NCBI GenBank assembly: GCA_965207075.1
Contig: CBDBLO010000002.1
Span: 1,888,001-1,952,000 of the forward strand
Reading direction: 5' to 3'
From: Nitrosopumilus sp.
GTDB taxonomy: Archaea; Thermoproteota; Nitrososphaeria; Nitrososphaerales; Nitrosopumilaceae
DNA: 64,000 bases
Shown here: positions 1-10,392 of the stretch, piece after piece
Layout: the number at the start of each line of letters is the position of its first letter
Position numbering within the stretch: position 1 is the first letter of the stretch
The notes under the pieces: model-generated
Seen by the model: the letters and a program-made list of their open reading frames with translations, nothing else
Databases searched by the model: none
What the model was told of the DNA's origin: nothing
Program-made: the position numbers and the translations under genes

Positions 1-1870
1 CGTTGAGGTACCACCTGTTGAGTATCACCTTGTGTATGGCGTAAAAGAAGATGTTGGAATTGACAAACTTGGCGGGATCCACGTGCCGGCCGATGTAGAA
101 GATATACCCCAGCCCTATCCCTACGGCAAAGGCGGCAAGCGACGAGCCGAGCGCCACCGGGTTGAGCCCCTGCAGGAACCCTGGCAGTATGGACGCCATC
201 TCAGTGCCCTTCTCGGCCCCGTGTATGCCAAACGAGTCGGCCAGATACACCTCGAATAGGTGGTGCAGCCCCTCCTCAGCAGACAGCCCGATGATGCCGA
301 TCCCGATCGTCAGCGCCGCGAGTATCCCGTACGGCACCCACATGGAGACCGAGGCCTCGTGCACTCGGTGCCCCTCCTCCTCCATCTTCTGCACGTGCTC
401 GGACTTTGGGCCAAAGAAGACCATGCCGATCATACGCGTCGTGTAGAACGCCGTGATAACAGCGGTCAGCACCGCGATCGCATACAGGGGGAGCGCCCAC
501 TCGGAGCCGGACTCGTATACGGCCGCGAATATGGCGTCCTTGCTCCAGAACCCCGTCGTGATGAACGGGGCGCCCATGAGGCCCAGGCCCGCGGCCCACA
601 TGAAGGCGTACGTCTTCTTCATGTGCTTTCGCAGGCCGCCCATGTCAGTCATGAACCTGGAGCCCACCACGTGCAGCAGGGAGCCTGCAGCCATGAACAG
701 GGAGGCCTTGAACATCGCGTGCGATATCAGGTGGAAGAACCCCGCAGTGTAGCCGTCCACGTACTGGTACGACAGTCCCGCCACGCCGAGGGCCATCATC
801 ATGTACCCGATCTGCGAGCCGGTCGAGTACGCAAGCACCTTTTTTATCTCGGGGTTGGTCATGCCCTGCGTCGCAAGCAGCAGGGCCGTGATGGCGCCCA
901 CCCACGCCACGATCTCAAAGAACTGGTCGGCCAGTATCCCCGCGGCGCCCAGGGCAAACACGATGGGCCCCAGTCGGGCCACCAGAAACACGCCGGCCTT
1001 TACCATCGTGGCCGCGTGTATCAGGGCGGAGACGGCGGTAGGTCCAGTCATGGCCTCCAGTAGCCACTCGTTGAGCGGGAACTGCGCCGACTTGCCGATT
1101 GCGCCGCCAAACAGTAACACGAATGCGGGCACCAGCAGACCCTGGGCCGACATCTCGACTGCCCACGCCATGTCGCCCACAAGCTCGCGAAAGCCGAACG
1201 TGCCGGCGTACAGGAATATCAGCAGCATGCCGGCGATCATCATCACGTCGCCGACCTTTGTCATGATGAACGCCTTCATGCCGGCGTGCGTCGGGGCGTA
1301 GTAGTCCATGAGTCCCAGGACGCGGCGGTCCTCCTGCCCCACGTGGTCCTTCTTCTTGTCGCGGTACCAAAAGCTGATCAGCGCGTACGACGCAAGCCCG
1401 ACGCCCTCCCACCCGAAGAAGACCTGCAGCAGGTTGTCGGACAGCACGATGAGCTGCATCGAGCCGATGAAGAACAGCATCCAGAACCAGAACCGCACGA
1501 CGTTGCGGTCGCCCTTCATGTAGCCCGTGCTGTATATCATTATGAGGAACGAGATCCACGCGACCACGTTTGCCATTATCACCGACAGCGGGTCGGCAAG
1601 CACGCCGGCCTTGAGCCCGATGGCCTCTATCCACATTATCTGGTCGTGTATCTCCCCGCCTGCAAGCGCCATCGGAAGCAGCGAGAACGCGGACAGCGCC
1701 GACATCAGCGCGAATCCGACTGCCGCGTACCCGGTTATCCGGTGCGACCCCTTGCCGATCGCCGGCATTATCAGGGCCGCGGCAAACGGTATGACCCAGA
1801 CCAGCCACGCGGCCTCGGGGACCGCGTCGATGGGAGGCAGGAAGGACGCGGGGGCGGACTCTGCTGCCAT
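1..1870 (-). CDS. nuoL: NADH-quinone oxidoreductase subunit L (3' end runs off the window)
   Basis: Not in the ORF track because it is open-ended. ATG at 1870 abuts the nuoM stop. Translation includes FFGWEGVGLASYALISFWY, KAFIMTKVGD, GKSAQFPLNEWLLEAMTGPTAVSALIHAATMV and AYSTGSQIGYM. Confidence 0.95.
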   Translation of the reverse strand, partial: MAAESAPASFLPPIDAVPEAAWLVWVIPFAAALIMPAIGKGSHRITGYAAVGFALMSALSAFSLLPMALAGGEIHDQIMWIEAIGLKAGVLADPLSVIMANVVAWISFLIMIYSTGYMKGDRNVVRFWFWMLFFIGSMQLIVLSDNLLQVFFGWEGVGLASYALISFWYRDKKKDHVGQEDRRVLGLMDYYAPTHAGMKAFIMTKVGDVMMIAGMLLIFLYAGTFGFRELVGDMAWAVEMSAQGLLVPAFVLLFGGAIGKSAQFPLNEWLLEAMTGPTAVSALIHAATMVKAGVFLVARLGPIVFALGAAGILADQFFEIVAWVGAITALLLATQGMTNPEIKKVLAYSTGSQIGYMMMALGVAGLSYQYVDGYTAGFFHLISHAMFKASLFMAAGSLLHVVGSRFMTDMGGLRKHMKKTYAFMWAAGLGLMGAPFITTGFWSKDAIFAAVYESGSEWALPLYAIAVLTAVITAFYTTRMIGMVFFGPKSEHVQKMEEEGHRVHEASVSMWVPYGILAALTIGIGIIGLSAEEGLHHLFEVYLADSFGIHGAEKGTEMASILPGFLQGLNPVALGSSLAAFAVGIGLGYIFYIGRHVDPAKFVNSNIFFYAIHKVILNRWYLN

Positions 1871-3568
1871 CTACGTACCGCCTCCTCCTCCGGCAGTCGC
1901 CGTTGCCATTGCGGCCATGCCATCACCGCCGCCTGTAGCGGGAAGCACCCACTCCATGTACGGCACGATGGTCTCCAAGAATATGTCCGGGTATATCCCC
2001 AGTACGATCGTAAAGCCTGCCAGCACCATCATGGGCGCCGTCATGTACCAGCTGCCCTCCTTGACCTTTGAGAGGTGCTCGGGTAGCTTGCCAAAGAAGA
2101 CGCGCTTTAGCATCCACAGCATGTAGGACATCGTAAGCGCGGTCGCAAGCAGTCCCAGCGCAAACGTCACGGTACGCAGCATCGAGTCCTCCTCGATCGC
2201 CGTCTCAAGGGCCCCGTAAAAGAGGATCCATTCGCCCATGAACCCGCTTGTGGGCGGAACGCCCATTATGGTCAGCGCGCCTATGACGGCGCAGACAGCG
2301 GTGATGGGCATCTTGCCGGCAAGGCCGCCCAGCTTCGAGATGCTTCGGGTGCCCACCCTCACTATGATGATCCCGGCAGTCATGAAGAGCAGCCCCTTGC
2401 CGAGCCCGTGCGTTACATACATCATCTCGGCGCCCGACAGCCCCAGTACAGACACGGAGCCTATCCCAAACAGCAGGTATCCCATCTGGCTTATGCTAGA
2501 GTACGCCAGCAGCCGCTTGAGGTCGTCTTGCATGAGCGCCATGGCGCCCCCGTATATCATCGTGACAAGCCCCCACACGTGGAGCCATATGGAGAGCTCC
2601 GAGTACGTGGCAGGCAGCAGCTCCACCACGAGCCGGAAGATGCCGTACGCGCCGATCCCGATCATCGCAGGCGAGAGCAGCGCGCTGATGGGGGTGGGGG
2701 CCGAGCCGTGCACGTAGGGCAGCCATATGTGGAACATGAACACGGCCAGCTTTACGCCGAGCCCTATCGTGATTGCCACGCCGGACAGCAGCGCGATGTC
2801 AGACGGCAGTACGGACTCGTCGATGTCCGCAAAGTCAAAGCTTCCCACCGTGAGCCCGATCATAAGAAAGCCAAGCAGGAGCACGACTGCGCCTGCATGG
2901 GTCCAGAACAGGAACATGAGGCCTATCTTTCTGCGGGGCCCGTCGCCCCAGAGCGCCACCAGGAAGAAACCGGGTATGAGCATCACCTCGAAGAATATGT
3001 AAAACTCGATGAGGTTGGTCGCAAGGACGGTCCCGAGCATCCCCATGGCAAACACCAGGTATAGCGCAAAGTAGAGGCCCGACTTTGCGTTGACGTACGA
3101 GGTGAGCGCGGCCGACGTCTCGTGGGACTCGGCGGTCGCTGTCGCGGCGGCGGTGGCCGGAGTGGAGGAAGACGAGGAGACAGAGGCTTCTCCGCTGCTG
3201 CTGCTGCTGCTGCCCTGCGCCGACCGGCCCTCCTCGGCAAACTGCTCCCTGAACTTGTGGATCATGTACGGCTTGGAGTACAGCGCCAGAATGGTCGACA
3301 GCACGTATATCACGATGGCAAACGGCGACGCCAGCCCGTCCATCAGGAACCCGAACTCCCCGAACGTCTCGGTCCACGGGTAGTGCTCCTCCGTGACGCC
3401 CCCGTCAAGGGCCGCGGACACCACGAGCACGGTAGAGTACAGGAGCACGGCAAACGTAAACCACATTGCGGCCGTGGGCCCCGCCTTGCGCCCCAGGACG
3501 TATGCCACGGGGGAGAGCAGCAGCGGCAGGAACACAGCCTGCATCAGGGCGTAGTCGGGGGTAATCAA
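1871..3568 (-). CDS. nuoM: NADH-quinone oxidoreductase subunit M
   Basis: Antiporter-like membrane protein with FYIFFEVMLIP, FHIWLPYVHGSAP and DLKRLLAYSSISQMG; carries a Ser/Ala-rich insertion. Exact start uncertain. Confidence 0.93.
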   Translation of the reverse strand: MITPDYALMQAVFLPLLLSPVAYVLGRKAGPTAAMWFTFAVLLYSTVLVVSAALDGGVTEEHYPWTETFGEFGFLMDGLASPFAIVIYVLSTILALYSKPYMIHKFREQFAEEGRSAQGSSSSSSGEASVSSSSSTPATAAATATAESHETSAALTSYVNAKSGLYFALYLVFAMGMLGTVLATNLIEFYIFFEVMLIPGFFLVALWGDGPRRKIGLMFLFWTHAGAVVLLLGFLMIGLTVGSFDFADIDESVLPSDIALLSGVAITIGLGVKLAVFMFHIWLPYVHGSAPTPISALLSPAMIGIGAYGIFRLVVELLPATYSELSIWLHVWGLVTMIYGGAMALMQDDLKRLLAYSSISQMGYLLFGIGSVSVLGLSGAEMMYVTHGLGKGLLFMTAGIIIVRVGTRSISKLGGLAGKMPITAVCAVIGALTIMGVPPTSGFMGEWILFYGALETAIEEDSMLRTVTFALGLLATALTMSYMLWMLKRVFFGKLPEHLSKVKEGSWYMTAPMMVLAGFTIVLGIYPDIFLETIVPYMEWVLPATGGGDGMAAMATATAGGGGGT

Positions 3569-3610
3569 TTCTCTCTGCTCATCCTCCTCTTCCTACTCTT
3601 CTCGCTCTTC

Positions 3611-3916
3611 CTAGCCCCTCAAGCTCCTAAAGTCCGCAACGTCCACGTTCTGGTACATCCTGTACGCCACGATAATCAGCGACAGTCCGACTGCCACCTC
3701 GGCTGCCGCAATCGCAATCGAGAAGAGCGCCAGCGTCTGCCCGCCGCTCTCGGGGATGAACCTTCCAAAGGCCACCAGGTTCAGGTTGGCCGCGTTTATG
3801 ATAATCTCGATTGCAAAGAGCATTCTGATAAAGTTGCGCTTTACTGCAAGTCCGTAGATCCCGATCCCCAAAAGGGCGATTGAGACCAGCGTAAAGTCAA
3901 CTAGTTCGTTGACCAT
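3611..3916 (-). CDS. nuoK: NADH-quinone oxidoreductase subunit K
   Basis: RNFIRMLFAIEII and AAAEVAVGL motifs; operon position. Confidence 0.95.
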   Translation of the reverse strand: MVNELVDFTLVSIALLGIGIYGLAVKRNFIRMLFAIEIIINAANLNLVAFGRFIPESGGQTLALFSIAIAAAEVAVGLSLIIVAYRMYQNVDVADFRSLRG

Positions 3917-4412
3917 TCTCCTCTATATCCTCCCTCCGAGCCAGCACGAGCGCGCCAGTCACCGAGCCGGCAAGGATGAGCCCCATAAGTATGAGCGCGG
4001 GCCAGTAATACGTGACAAAGTCCGAGCCTATCTCCCTAAAGTCGACCGGGGGCTCGTCTGTCGTGATGTCCTTTATCCCCGAGTCGATGAATATGGCTCC
4101 CAGGGCCACCATCGTCACAAGCATCAGCGCCACGCCGGCAAACTTGCGCCTCTTGTCCTCTATCTTCTTGAATATCAGCTCGCGCTTTACAAGCATCACG
4201 GTAAACAGTATCAGCACGGCGATGGAACCCACGTATACCGCAAGCTGGAAGAGCGCCACGAACGTCGCGTCAAGCAGCAGGAAGAACCCCGCGATCCCGC
4301 CGAGCGTCCCCATTAGCGCGATGGAGCCGTACACGAGCGAGCGCAGCTCGAGGGCCGCTATTGCAGAGCCCACCGTAACCACGGCGAGCACCACGAACAC
4401 CGGGTCAGCCAT
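3897..4412 (-). CDS. nuoJ: NADH-quinone oxidoreductase subunit J
   Basis: FQLAVYVGSIAVLILF motif; start taken at the ATG overlapping the nuoI stop. Confidence 0.93.
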   Translation of the reverse strand: MADPVFVVLAVVTVGSAIAALELRSLVYGSIALMGTLGGIAGFFLLLDATFVALFQLAVYVGSIAVLILFTVMLVKRELIFKKIEDKRRKFAGVALMLVTMVALGAIFIDSGIKDITTDEPPVDFREIGSDFVTYYWPALILMGLILAGSVTGALVLARREDIEENGQRTS

Positions 4413-4902
4413 GGGTCGCACCCCGCTCAGTTATCTGGATGCTCGAGTCCTGCCTCACGTACGGCTTGACTGCCAGCTGGGCAGGCGTGTATATGAGGCC
4501 CTCCTTTGAGAAGGACGAGAGCTCGTAGTCGTTTGTCATGTACAGGGCATAAAACGGGCAGGCGTCCACGCACAGCCCGCAGAAGACGCACTTGCCGTAG
4601 TCTATCTGCGGCATTATCGACTTTTTGTTCTGCTTTTGCTCCTCGGGCACCTTTACCATTCCGATCGCCTCTGCCACCCCCTCGCACGCTATGGAGCAGA
4701 GCTGGCACCCCGTGCAGTGGTCGTGGAACAGCATGTGCCTCCCCTTGAGGCCCGCGATCCCCACGCCGGTGGACGGGTCAAACTGGTACCCGTCGCCTAC
4801 AAACTCCAGCTTCTCCTCAGGATACCTCAGCGTAAAGCGCTTTACCGCAAGGTGCTTTACCCCCGAGTTCAGGGCGCGTATGATTCCCGTGGCAGTCTTC
4901 AT
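4405..4902 (-). CDS. nuoI: NADH-quinone oxidoreductase subunit I (2x[4Fe-4S])
   Basis: CTGCQLCSIAC and CVFCGLCVDACP motifs. Confidence 0.96.
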   Translation of the reverse strand: MKTATGIIRALNSGVKHLAVKRFTLRYPEEKLEFVGDGYQFDPSTGVGIAGLKGRHMLFHDHCTGCQLCSIACEGVAEAIGMVKVPEEQKQNKKSIMPQIDYGKCVFCGLCVDACPFYALYMTNDYELSSFSKEGLIYTPAQLAVKPYVRQDSSIQITERGATHG

Positions 4903-6203
4903 TGCAGCAGCATACCTCCAGGTCCCAGGACTCCAGCGTAAACCAGCCCGAGTGCAATAAAGATGTTAACAAAGGCCAGCCCTATCAGCTTGGACCAGCC
5001 CAGGTTCAGCAGCATGTCTATCCTGATGCGCGGGAACACGCCCCTCGGCAGCAGGATGAAGAATATGACGCCTACGGTCTTGAGCACGAACCACAGCGTG
5101 CCGTTGAGCATCTCCTGCGTGAACAGCGGGAGCCCCGGGATCTTTGCCGTCACGGGCCCCATTACTATGCCCTCGGTCAGTATCTCCTCTGGAAACGGCG
5201 GCACCACCATCGGCCCGTGCCACCCGCCCAGGAAGAGCACCACAAACAAAGCCGCAAAGGCGTACAGCTTGAGGTACGTCCCCAGCTGCACGAGCCCGTA
5301 CATCATGCCGGAGAACTCCGTGAGCCATCCCGCCACAATTTCAGACTCGGCCTCCGGCAGGTCGAAGGGTATCCTCTCCAGCTCCGCAAGCATGGTGGTG
5401 AAGAACACGACCGCGCCGATGGGCAGGAATATTATCCACGGGAACATCGACTGGCTTGCCGCAATCTCAGACAGGTTCAGGGTGCCCGTCAGGATCACGA
5501 CGCCGAGCAGCGAGAGTATGAGCGGGATCTCGAAGGAGACCATCTGGAACAGGGCCCTGATGCCGCCGATGAACGGGAACTTTGAGTTCGCCGACCACGC
5601 GGACAGTATGGTGATAATGGGGAAGAACCCGATCACGGCAAACACCGCAATCAGCCCCAGGTCGACGTCGGCCACCACCCAGCCCGGGGCTACAGGAATC
5701 AGCGCCACGAACGCGGCCGCGGTCGCGACGAATATGACCGGCGCGACCCAGAATATCGGCTTGTCGGCCTTTGCCGGTATGATTATCTCCTTTGATATCA
5801 GCTTGAGCCCGTCGCCCATCAGCTGCAGTATCCCCTCGATCTTGCCACAGTAGAACGGCCCGACCCGCAGCTGGAGCTTTGCAAGCAGCTTGCGCTCGAC
5901 GAATATGGTGCCCGCCGCGATCAGCGCGGCGAACCCGAACCCGGGAAACGCCATCACCCGGAACATGTCAGTCGCCATGAACGCGTGCACTATCGGCAGG
6001 GTCCTGGAGGGGTCGGCAAGCCAGGTGAACGCGAGGAACGGCGTGAGCAGCTCGCCGTTTATCACGGGCATCTCGATGTAGAACAGCACCATCATTATGG
6101 CCGGTATCCCCACCAGGTTTGCCAGCAGCAGGGCCCAGAACGCGTTGTCAAATATCGAGCGGATAAAGCCGCTCAGCCTAAAGTCGGGCGCGATAACGGA
6201 CAT
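4899..6203 (-). CDS. nuoH: NADH-quinone oxidoreductase subunit H
   Basis: ERKLLAKLQLRVGP, RIPFDLPEAESEIVAG and PRIRID motifs. Confidence 0.96.
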   Translation of the reverse strand: MSVIAPDFRLSGFIRSIFDNAFWALLLANLVGIPAIMMVLFYIEMPVINGELLTPFLAFTWLADPSRTLPIVHAFMATDMFRVMAFPGFGFAALIAAGTIFVERKLLAKLQLRVGPFYCGKIEGILQLMGDGLKLISKEIIIPAKADKPIFWVAPVIFVATAAAFVALIPVAPGWVVADVDLGLIAVFAVIGFFPIITILSAWSANSKFPFIGGIRALFQMVSFEIPLILSLLGVVILTGTLNLSEIAASQSMFPWIIFLPIGAVVFFTTMLAELERIPFDLPEAESEIVAGWLTEFSGMMYGLVQLGTYLKLYAFAALFVVLFLGGWHGPMVVPPFPEEILTEGIVMGPVTAKIPGLPLFTQEMLNGTLWFVLKTVGVIFFILLPRGVFPRIRIDMLLNLGWSKLIGLAFVNIFIALGLVYAGVLGPGGMLLQ

Positions 6204-7420
6204 TACCTGTCAGCCTCCACGGGCCAGTAATTCAGGCTCCAGTATACGGCGGGCATGTTGCCCAGCTTCTCGCCCTTGAGCAGGTACGGCAGGGCGATGA
6301 GGTTGCGGAACGAGCCGACGCTCATCTTTACGCGGTAGGGCTCCGGCTTGCCGTCAGATACTATATAGCAGCCGAGCGCGCCCCGGCCTGACTCGACGCG
6401 TTTGTATACCGTGTCGTGTCCGCCCTTGGGGTTCGGCTTTAGCTTGACGCGCACGGAGCCGGACTTTGGAATCTTCTCGAGCGCGCTGCGTATGATGTTG
6501 CAGCTCTCCATCATGTCAAGCCACGGGACGCGCGACCGGGCGTACGAGTCTCCGGCCTTCATCACGTTCGTGTTGACATCGAGCTCGTCGTACACGTCGT
6601 ACGGCTCCTTTTTGCGCACGTCGTAGTCGACGCCGCTTGCCCTCAGGACGGAGCCCGTGGTGCCGAGGCGTATGGCGTCCTGCCTTGAGAGCACGCCCGT
6701 CTCCCGGGTGCGCGATATCAGTATGGGGTTGTCGTAGAATATGTCGGCGTACTCCTTGATGCGCTTTTCAAAATAGTTCACCTGCCTCAGGCAGACGTCC
6801 TCGAAGTTCGGGGGAAGGTCGTTGCGCACGCCGCCCGGGACAAAGTGCGCGTGGGTGACGCGGGCGCCGGTCATCTTCTCCATCAGGTCTATCAGCAGCT
6901 CGCGGTCCCCGGCTGGCCACATGAACATGGTGGAGTGCCCCAGGAATATCCCGTATATGGCAAGCCAGTACATCGTGTATATGCAGCGGTTCAGCTCCGC
7001 CGCTATCACCCTCACGTACTTTGCGCGCTCCGGCGTCTCGATGCCCAGCAGCTCCTCGACGCCCAGCACGTACGGGTACAGGATGTTGCACGAGTCGTGT
7101 ATGACGGGCCTCTCCAGGTGCGGGATGTTCGTGATGTAGTTGCGGTACTCGGCCATCTTCTCCTCGCCGCGGTGCACGTATCCCGGGTCCGGGTCGCAGG
7201 CCACTATGTGGTCACCGTCTATCTGGACTATGATCCGCATGTGTCCGGAGCCCGGATGCTGCGGCCCCACGTTGAGCGTCATTATGCGCTCGTCGACCTT
7301 TTGCAGCGCGAGTCCGGGCGGAAGCTCCGGGGCTGCGGATGCGGCGGCGGCAGTAGTAGGCGCAGGGGGCGCTGCAGCCGTTGTCGCGGTTGGTGTGTCG
7401 GTAGTCGCCGTCGTAATCAT
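6203..7420 (-). CDS. nuoD: NADH-quinone oxidoreductase subunit D
   Basis: LNVGPQHP and GYVHRGEEK motifs, C-terminal EADR; Thr/Ala-rich N-terminal extension. Confidence 0.96.
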   Translation of the reverse strand: MITTATTDTPTATTAAAPPAPTTAAAASAAPELPPGLALQKVDERIMTLNVGPQHPGSGHMRIIVQIDGDHIVACDPDPGYVHRGEEKMAEYRNYITNIPHLERPVIHDSCNILYPYVLGVEELLGIETPERAKYVRVIAAELNRCIYTMYWLAIYGIFLGHSTMFMWPAGDRELLIDLMEKMTGARVTHAHFVPGGVRNDLPPNFEDVCLRQVNYFEKRIKEYADIFYDNPILISRTRETGVLSRQDAIRLGTTGSVLRASGVDYDVRKKEPYDVYDELDVNTNVMKAGDSYARSRVPWLDMMESCNIIRSALEKIPKSGSVRVKLKPNPKGGHDTVYKRVESGRGALGCYIVSDGKPEPYRVKMSVGSFRNLIALPYLLKGEKLGNMPAVYWSLNYWPVEADR

Positions 7421-8223
7421 CTCCCCTTTATCGCAAAGTCCTTCCTGAGGGGCGGCAGGTCGGCCCAGTCCTCTGGCAGCAGCAGCCGGCGGTTGTCCGG
7501 ATGCCCCTCAAAATAGACCCCGAACATCTCAAATATCTCGCGCTCGTGGAACTCGACGCTGTAAAAGACGTCGCGCAAGGTGGGCAGCCTGGTGGCGTCC
7601 CCGCCCGGTATCGGGTCGTCCTCGCGCTGCGCCCTCGTGGACAGGGCGATTATCTGGTTCTCCAGCGAGTCGTCCGTGTATGATCCAATGTGGTACACCA
7701 CCTCGATCTCCCCGTCTGCCGCATAGTCCACGCCTGACACGGACTCCACGTGGTCATAGTTCAGCTCGTCCCTGATGAATTCCGCCACGCTATGCACGTC
7801 ATCACGCCCCGCTTTTATCCCTATTCGACCAGGCTTTATGAACGTGGATTCGACCTTGTCGCCGAACCTTTCAAGGATCTTGTCGGATACGCCCTTTTCA
7901 AACTCTGGCGCCGCCGGGGGTGGTGGAGGGGCTTTCTTGGCCGCGGGGGTGGGTTTGGCGGCAGCAGCTGGCTTGGCGGGGGTGGGTTTGGCGGCAGCAG
8001 CTGGCTTTGCGGCTGCAGCTGGCTTTTCATCCTTCAAAGTATCGGGCTTGTCCGGTGCGGCGTCGTTCTTGGCGTCTGACGCCCCTTCCGGAGCCTTCTT
8101 GGACTCGCCGGCGACAGTCTTGGCGGATGCGCCTGTGGGAGCATCTGCATCCAGAGGCTTGGTCTCGGGCTTTGCGTCTTCTGAGGCCGGCTTTTCTGCA
8201 GCGGCCTGTGGATCTTTGCTCAT
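7417..8223 (-). CDS. nuoC: NADH-quinone oxidoreductase subunit C
   Basis: HEREIFEMFGVYFEGHP and PLRKDF motifs; start at the ATG overlapping the nuoB stop; Pro/Ala/Lys-rich N-terminal tail. Confidence 0.93.
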   Translation of the reverse strand: MSKDPQAAAEKPASEDAKPETKPLDADAPTGASAKTVAGESKKAPEGASDAKNDAAPDKPDTLKDEKPAAAAKPAAAAKPTPAKPAAAAKPTPAAKKAPPPPPAAPEFEKGVSDKILERFGDKVESTFIKPGRIGIKAGRDDVHSVAEFIRDELNYDHVESVSGVDYAADGEIEVVYHIGSYTDDSLENQIIALSTRAQREDDPIPGGDATRLPTLRDVFYSVEFHEREIFEMFGVYFEGHPDNRRLLLPEDWADLPPLRKDFAIKGR

Positions 8224-8747
8224 TATACGATCTTCCTGGCTTTCATCCTCTTGATCTTCTCTTGCAGCAGGATGCAGCCTTGGATAAGCGTCTCGGGCCT
8301 CGGCGGGCACCCTGGCACGTATACGTCAACTGGAATCACACCGTCGATTCCAGGCAGCACATTGTATGAATCAAAGTAGAGCCCGCCCGTAATGGCGCAC
8401 GCCCCCATCGCAATGACGTACTTGGGCTCCGGCATCTGGTCGTAGACCAGCCTCAGCCGCGGGGCCATCTTGCGGGTTATGGTCCCCTGGACCACGACCA
8501 GGTCGCACTGGCGCAGCGAGCCGAACGCCTCTATAATTCCGAACCGCTCAACGTCATACCTCGGACCGGACGCGGCCCCGAACTCCACGCTGCAGCAGGC
8601 AGTCTCTATGTGCACGGGCCACAGGGACCATATGCGCCCCCAGTTGATTGCATAGCCCAGAGGCTTGTCGATCGCACGCTCCAGTATGTCGCCAAGCTTG
8701 CCCACGAACACGTTGGCATTCTCCGGGGTCATGACGTCCTTTAGCAT
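8223..8747 (-). CDS. nuoB: NADH-quinone oxidoreductase subunit B
   Basis: TACCSVE, MPEPKYVIAMGAC and VYVPGCPPRPE motifs. Confidence 0.97.
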   Translation of the reverse strand: MLKDVMTPENANVFVGKLGDILERAIDKPLGYAINWGRIWSLWPVHIETACCSVEFGAASGPRYDVERFGIIEAFGSLRQCDLVVVQGTITRKMAPRLRLVYDQMPEPKYVIAMGACAITGGLYFDSYNVLPGIDGVIPVDVYVPGCPPRPETLIQGCILLQEKIKRMKARKIV

Positions 8748-8841
8748 CTAACCGATCACCGCCGCCATGCCCTGTATGTCATTACAGATACCGCCAAATC
8801 CCGCTCGCCTTGAATGCAGTATGAGCCGCGCATATAAGAAA

Positions 8842-9216
8842 CTACCATATCCGCCGCCTCCCCGACTGGTACAGCGCAAACGCCATTGCGCCAAACATTA
8901 TCCCGAGAAACCCTATCATCGGCAGGGTCGCGCTCTTTGGGAGCTCGAAGAGCGAGCTGCCCCACGCGTACAGAAATATGGCCATCACGTCAAACACCAC
9001 GAACATCAGGATGTACGGATAGTACTGCATCATAAAGTGCGTGCGGCCCTCCCCCGACGGCACCTGGCCGCACTCCATGGGCAGGAACTTTACCGGGTTG
9101 CTGCGCTTCCGGGGCGACACCATGCGGGACACGAATAGGGCGGGGGCCATTGCGGCCGCGGCGAAGCCGAACATCAGTACTACAGTGCTGTAATTTCCCG
9201 CCAACTCCCCGACCAT
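8842..9216 (-). CDS. nuoA: NADH-quinone oxidoreductase subunit A
   Basis: KFLPMECG and MFVVFDV motifs; ATG at 9216 with a TATA-like CTTTTTATAC about 25-35 nt upstream. Confidence 0.93.
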   Translation of the reverse strand: MVGELAGNYSTVVLMFGFAAAAMAPALFVSRMVSPRKRSNPVKFLPMECGQVPSGEGRTHFMMQYYPYILMFVVFDVMAIFLYAWGSSLFELPKSATLPMIGFLGIMFGAMAFALYQSGRRRIW

Positions 9217-9240
9217 AATTAGATTGTGGCTCTGATTTTT

Positions 9241-9250
9241 GTATAAAAAG
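9241..9250 (-). promoter_or_regulatory. Probable TATA box of the nuo operon
   Basis: CTTTTTATAC on the minus strand in an AT-rich patch upstream of nuoA; typical archaeal leaderless spacing. Confidence 0.55.
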
Positions 9251-9614
9251 CTATCCTTTAAATTTGAAATATAGGCATAAAAAATGTACTCATAATTTTC
9301 CACCGATCAACGGGCGGGGCGCCGGTATTTCCACCGGGACGGGTCCGGCCCGCGTATCGCGCCCGGAGCCGTCTTGGTTGTAGCCGTTACCTCAGGGCCA
9401 GCCTGTACCAAGCAGGGCACACTATCCATGCCAAGCGCTGGGCATCACAAGGCCGACGGGCATCGGGCGTCGTGCGACGTAACTGACCGTCGCGTGGCAG
9501 CAACATCGGTGGCATTGGCAGCGCCTGCACGGCGGGATCAGGCATGGGCAAAGAACAGGCAAAAAGTACGCCTTGGCACATGTGATAAAAACCACGAAAT
9601 GAGACGGCAGGGTC

Positions 9615-10085
9615 CTAGCCCTTTATGTAGTTCTTGATCTCGGCATAGTCCGGCTCCTCCAAGGGGTTGTCGGTCACCCACTTGTATCCGATTCGGCCGT
9701 CCTCGTTTATCACAAAGACCGAGCGCTTTGCGGCGTTATAGTCCTTGATGTGCAAGAGATCCTTCATCAGCACGTCGTAGTCCCTTATCGTCTTGCTGTT
9801 GTAGTCGGACAGGAACGGGAATGTGTAGTTGTTTGCGGCCGCGAACGCCTTGTTTGCAAACGGCCCGTCGTTGCTGACCGCCACGACCTGCGCGCCCGCA
9901 TCGGAGATCTCCTGCCACGAGTCCCTCAGGGTGCACAGCTCCGTCTCGCACACGGGGGAGCTTGCCGCGACAATAAACGTCAAAACAACCTTTTTCTCGC
10001 CGGTGAACTCGCCTAGGCTCCGCATCTTCAGATCCGTGTCCGGAAGCTCAAAGTCCGGGGCGGCGTCGCCAACGTTCAGGGTCAT
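9615..10085 (-). CDS. Peroxiredoxin (AhpC/TSA, BCP-like)
   Basis: GDAAPDFEL, SPVCETELC and AKRSVFVI motifs. Confidence 0.9.
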   Translation of the reverse strand: MTLNVGDAAPDFELPDTDLKMRSLGEFTGEKKVVLTFIVAASSPVCETELCTLRDSWQEISDAGAQVVAVSNDGPFANKAFAAANNYTFPFLSDYNSKTIRDYDVLMKDLLHIKDYNAAKRSVFVINEDGRIGYKWVTDNPLEEPDYAEIKNYIKG

Positions 10086-10211
10086 TGCATGCATGCCTTT
10101 TCACGCTCTATAAAGGTCTTAAAAGACGCCGCACTGTAAGAGGGCGGCGGCGGTGGCGAAAGCCGCACGGACCGGTGAGTGGCGCCGTCCTGCCGGCGCA
10201 AGTATGAATGA

Positions 10212-10288
10212 TGGTGGGGACGGTGGGACTTGAACCCACGATCTCCAGCGCCCGAGGCTGGCAGTCTACCAAGCTAACCTACGTCCCC
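10212..10288 (-). tRNA. tRNA-Pro(CGG) with encoded CCA
   Basis: Reverse complement GGGGACGTAGGTTAGCTTGGTAGACTGCCAGCCT-CGG-GCGCTGGAGATCGTGGGTTCAAGTCCCACCGTCCCCA-CCA folds as a cloverleaf. Confidence 0.95.
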
Positions 10289-10392
10289 AAGCAGGTTTGC
10301 AGGCATTACAATATGAACCAACTAGGATCGGCGGAGTGCACCGATAAAGGCAGACAGCCAGATGCAATGCCGCACGGAAGGTCGGCAGCTTC

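Noticed and set aside
7943-8020. Tandem repeat in nuoC as a separate element
   Set aside because: In-frame Pro/Ala/Lys linker repeat, covered by the low-complexity finding.
1-9216. Complex I lacking nuoEFG, with nuoM before nuoL
   Set aside because: This is the normal arrangement in ammonia-oxidising archaea.
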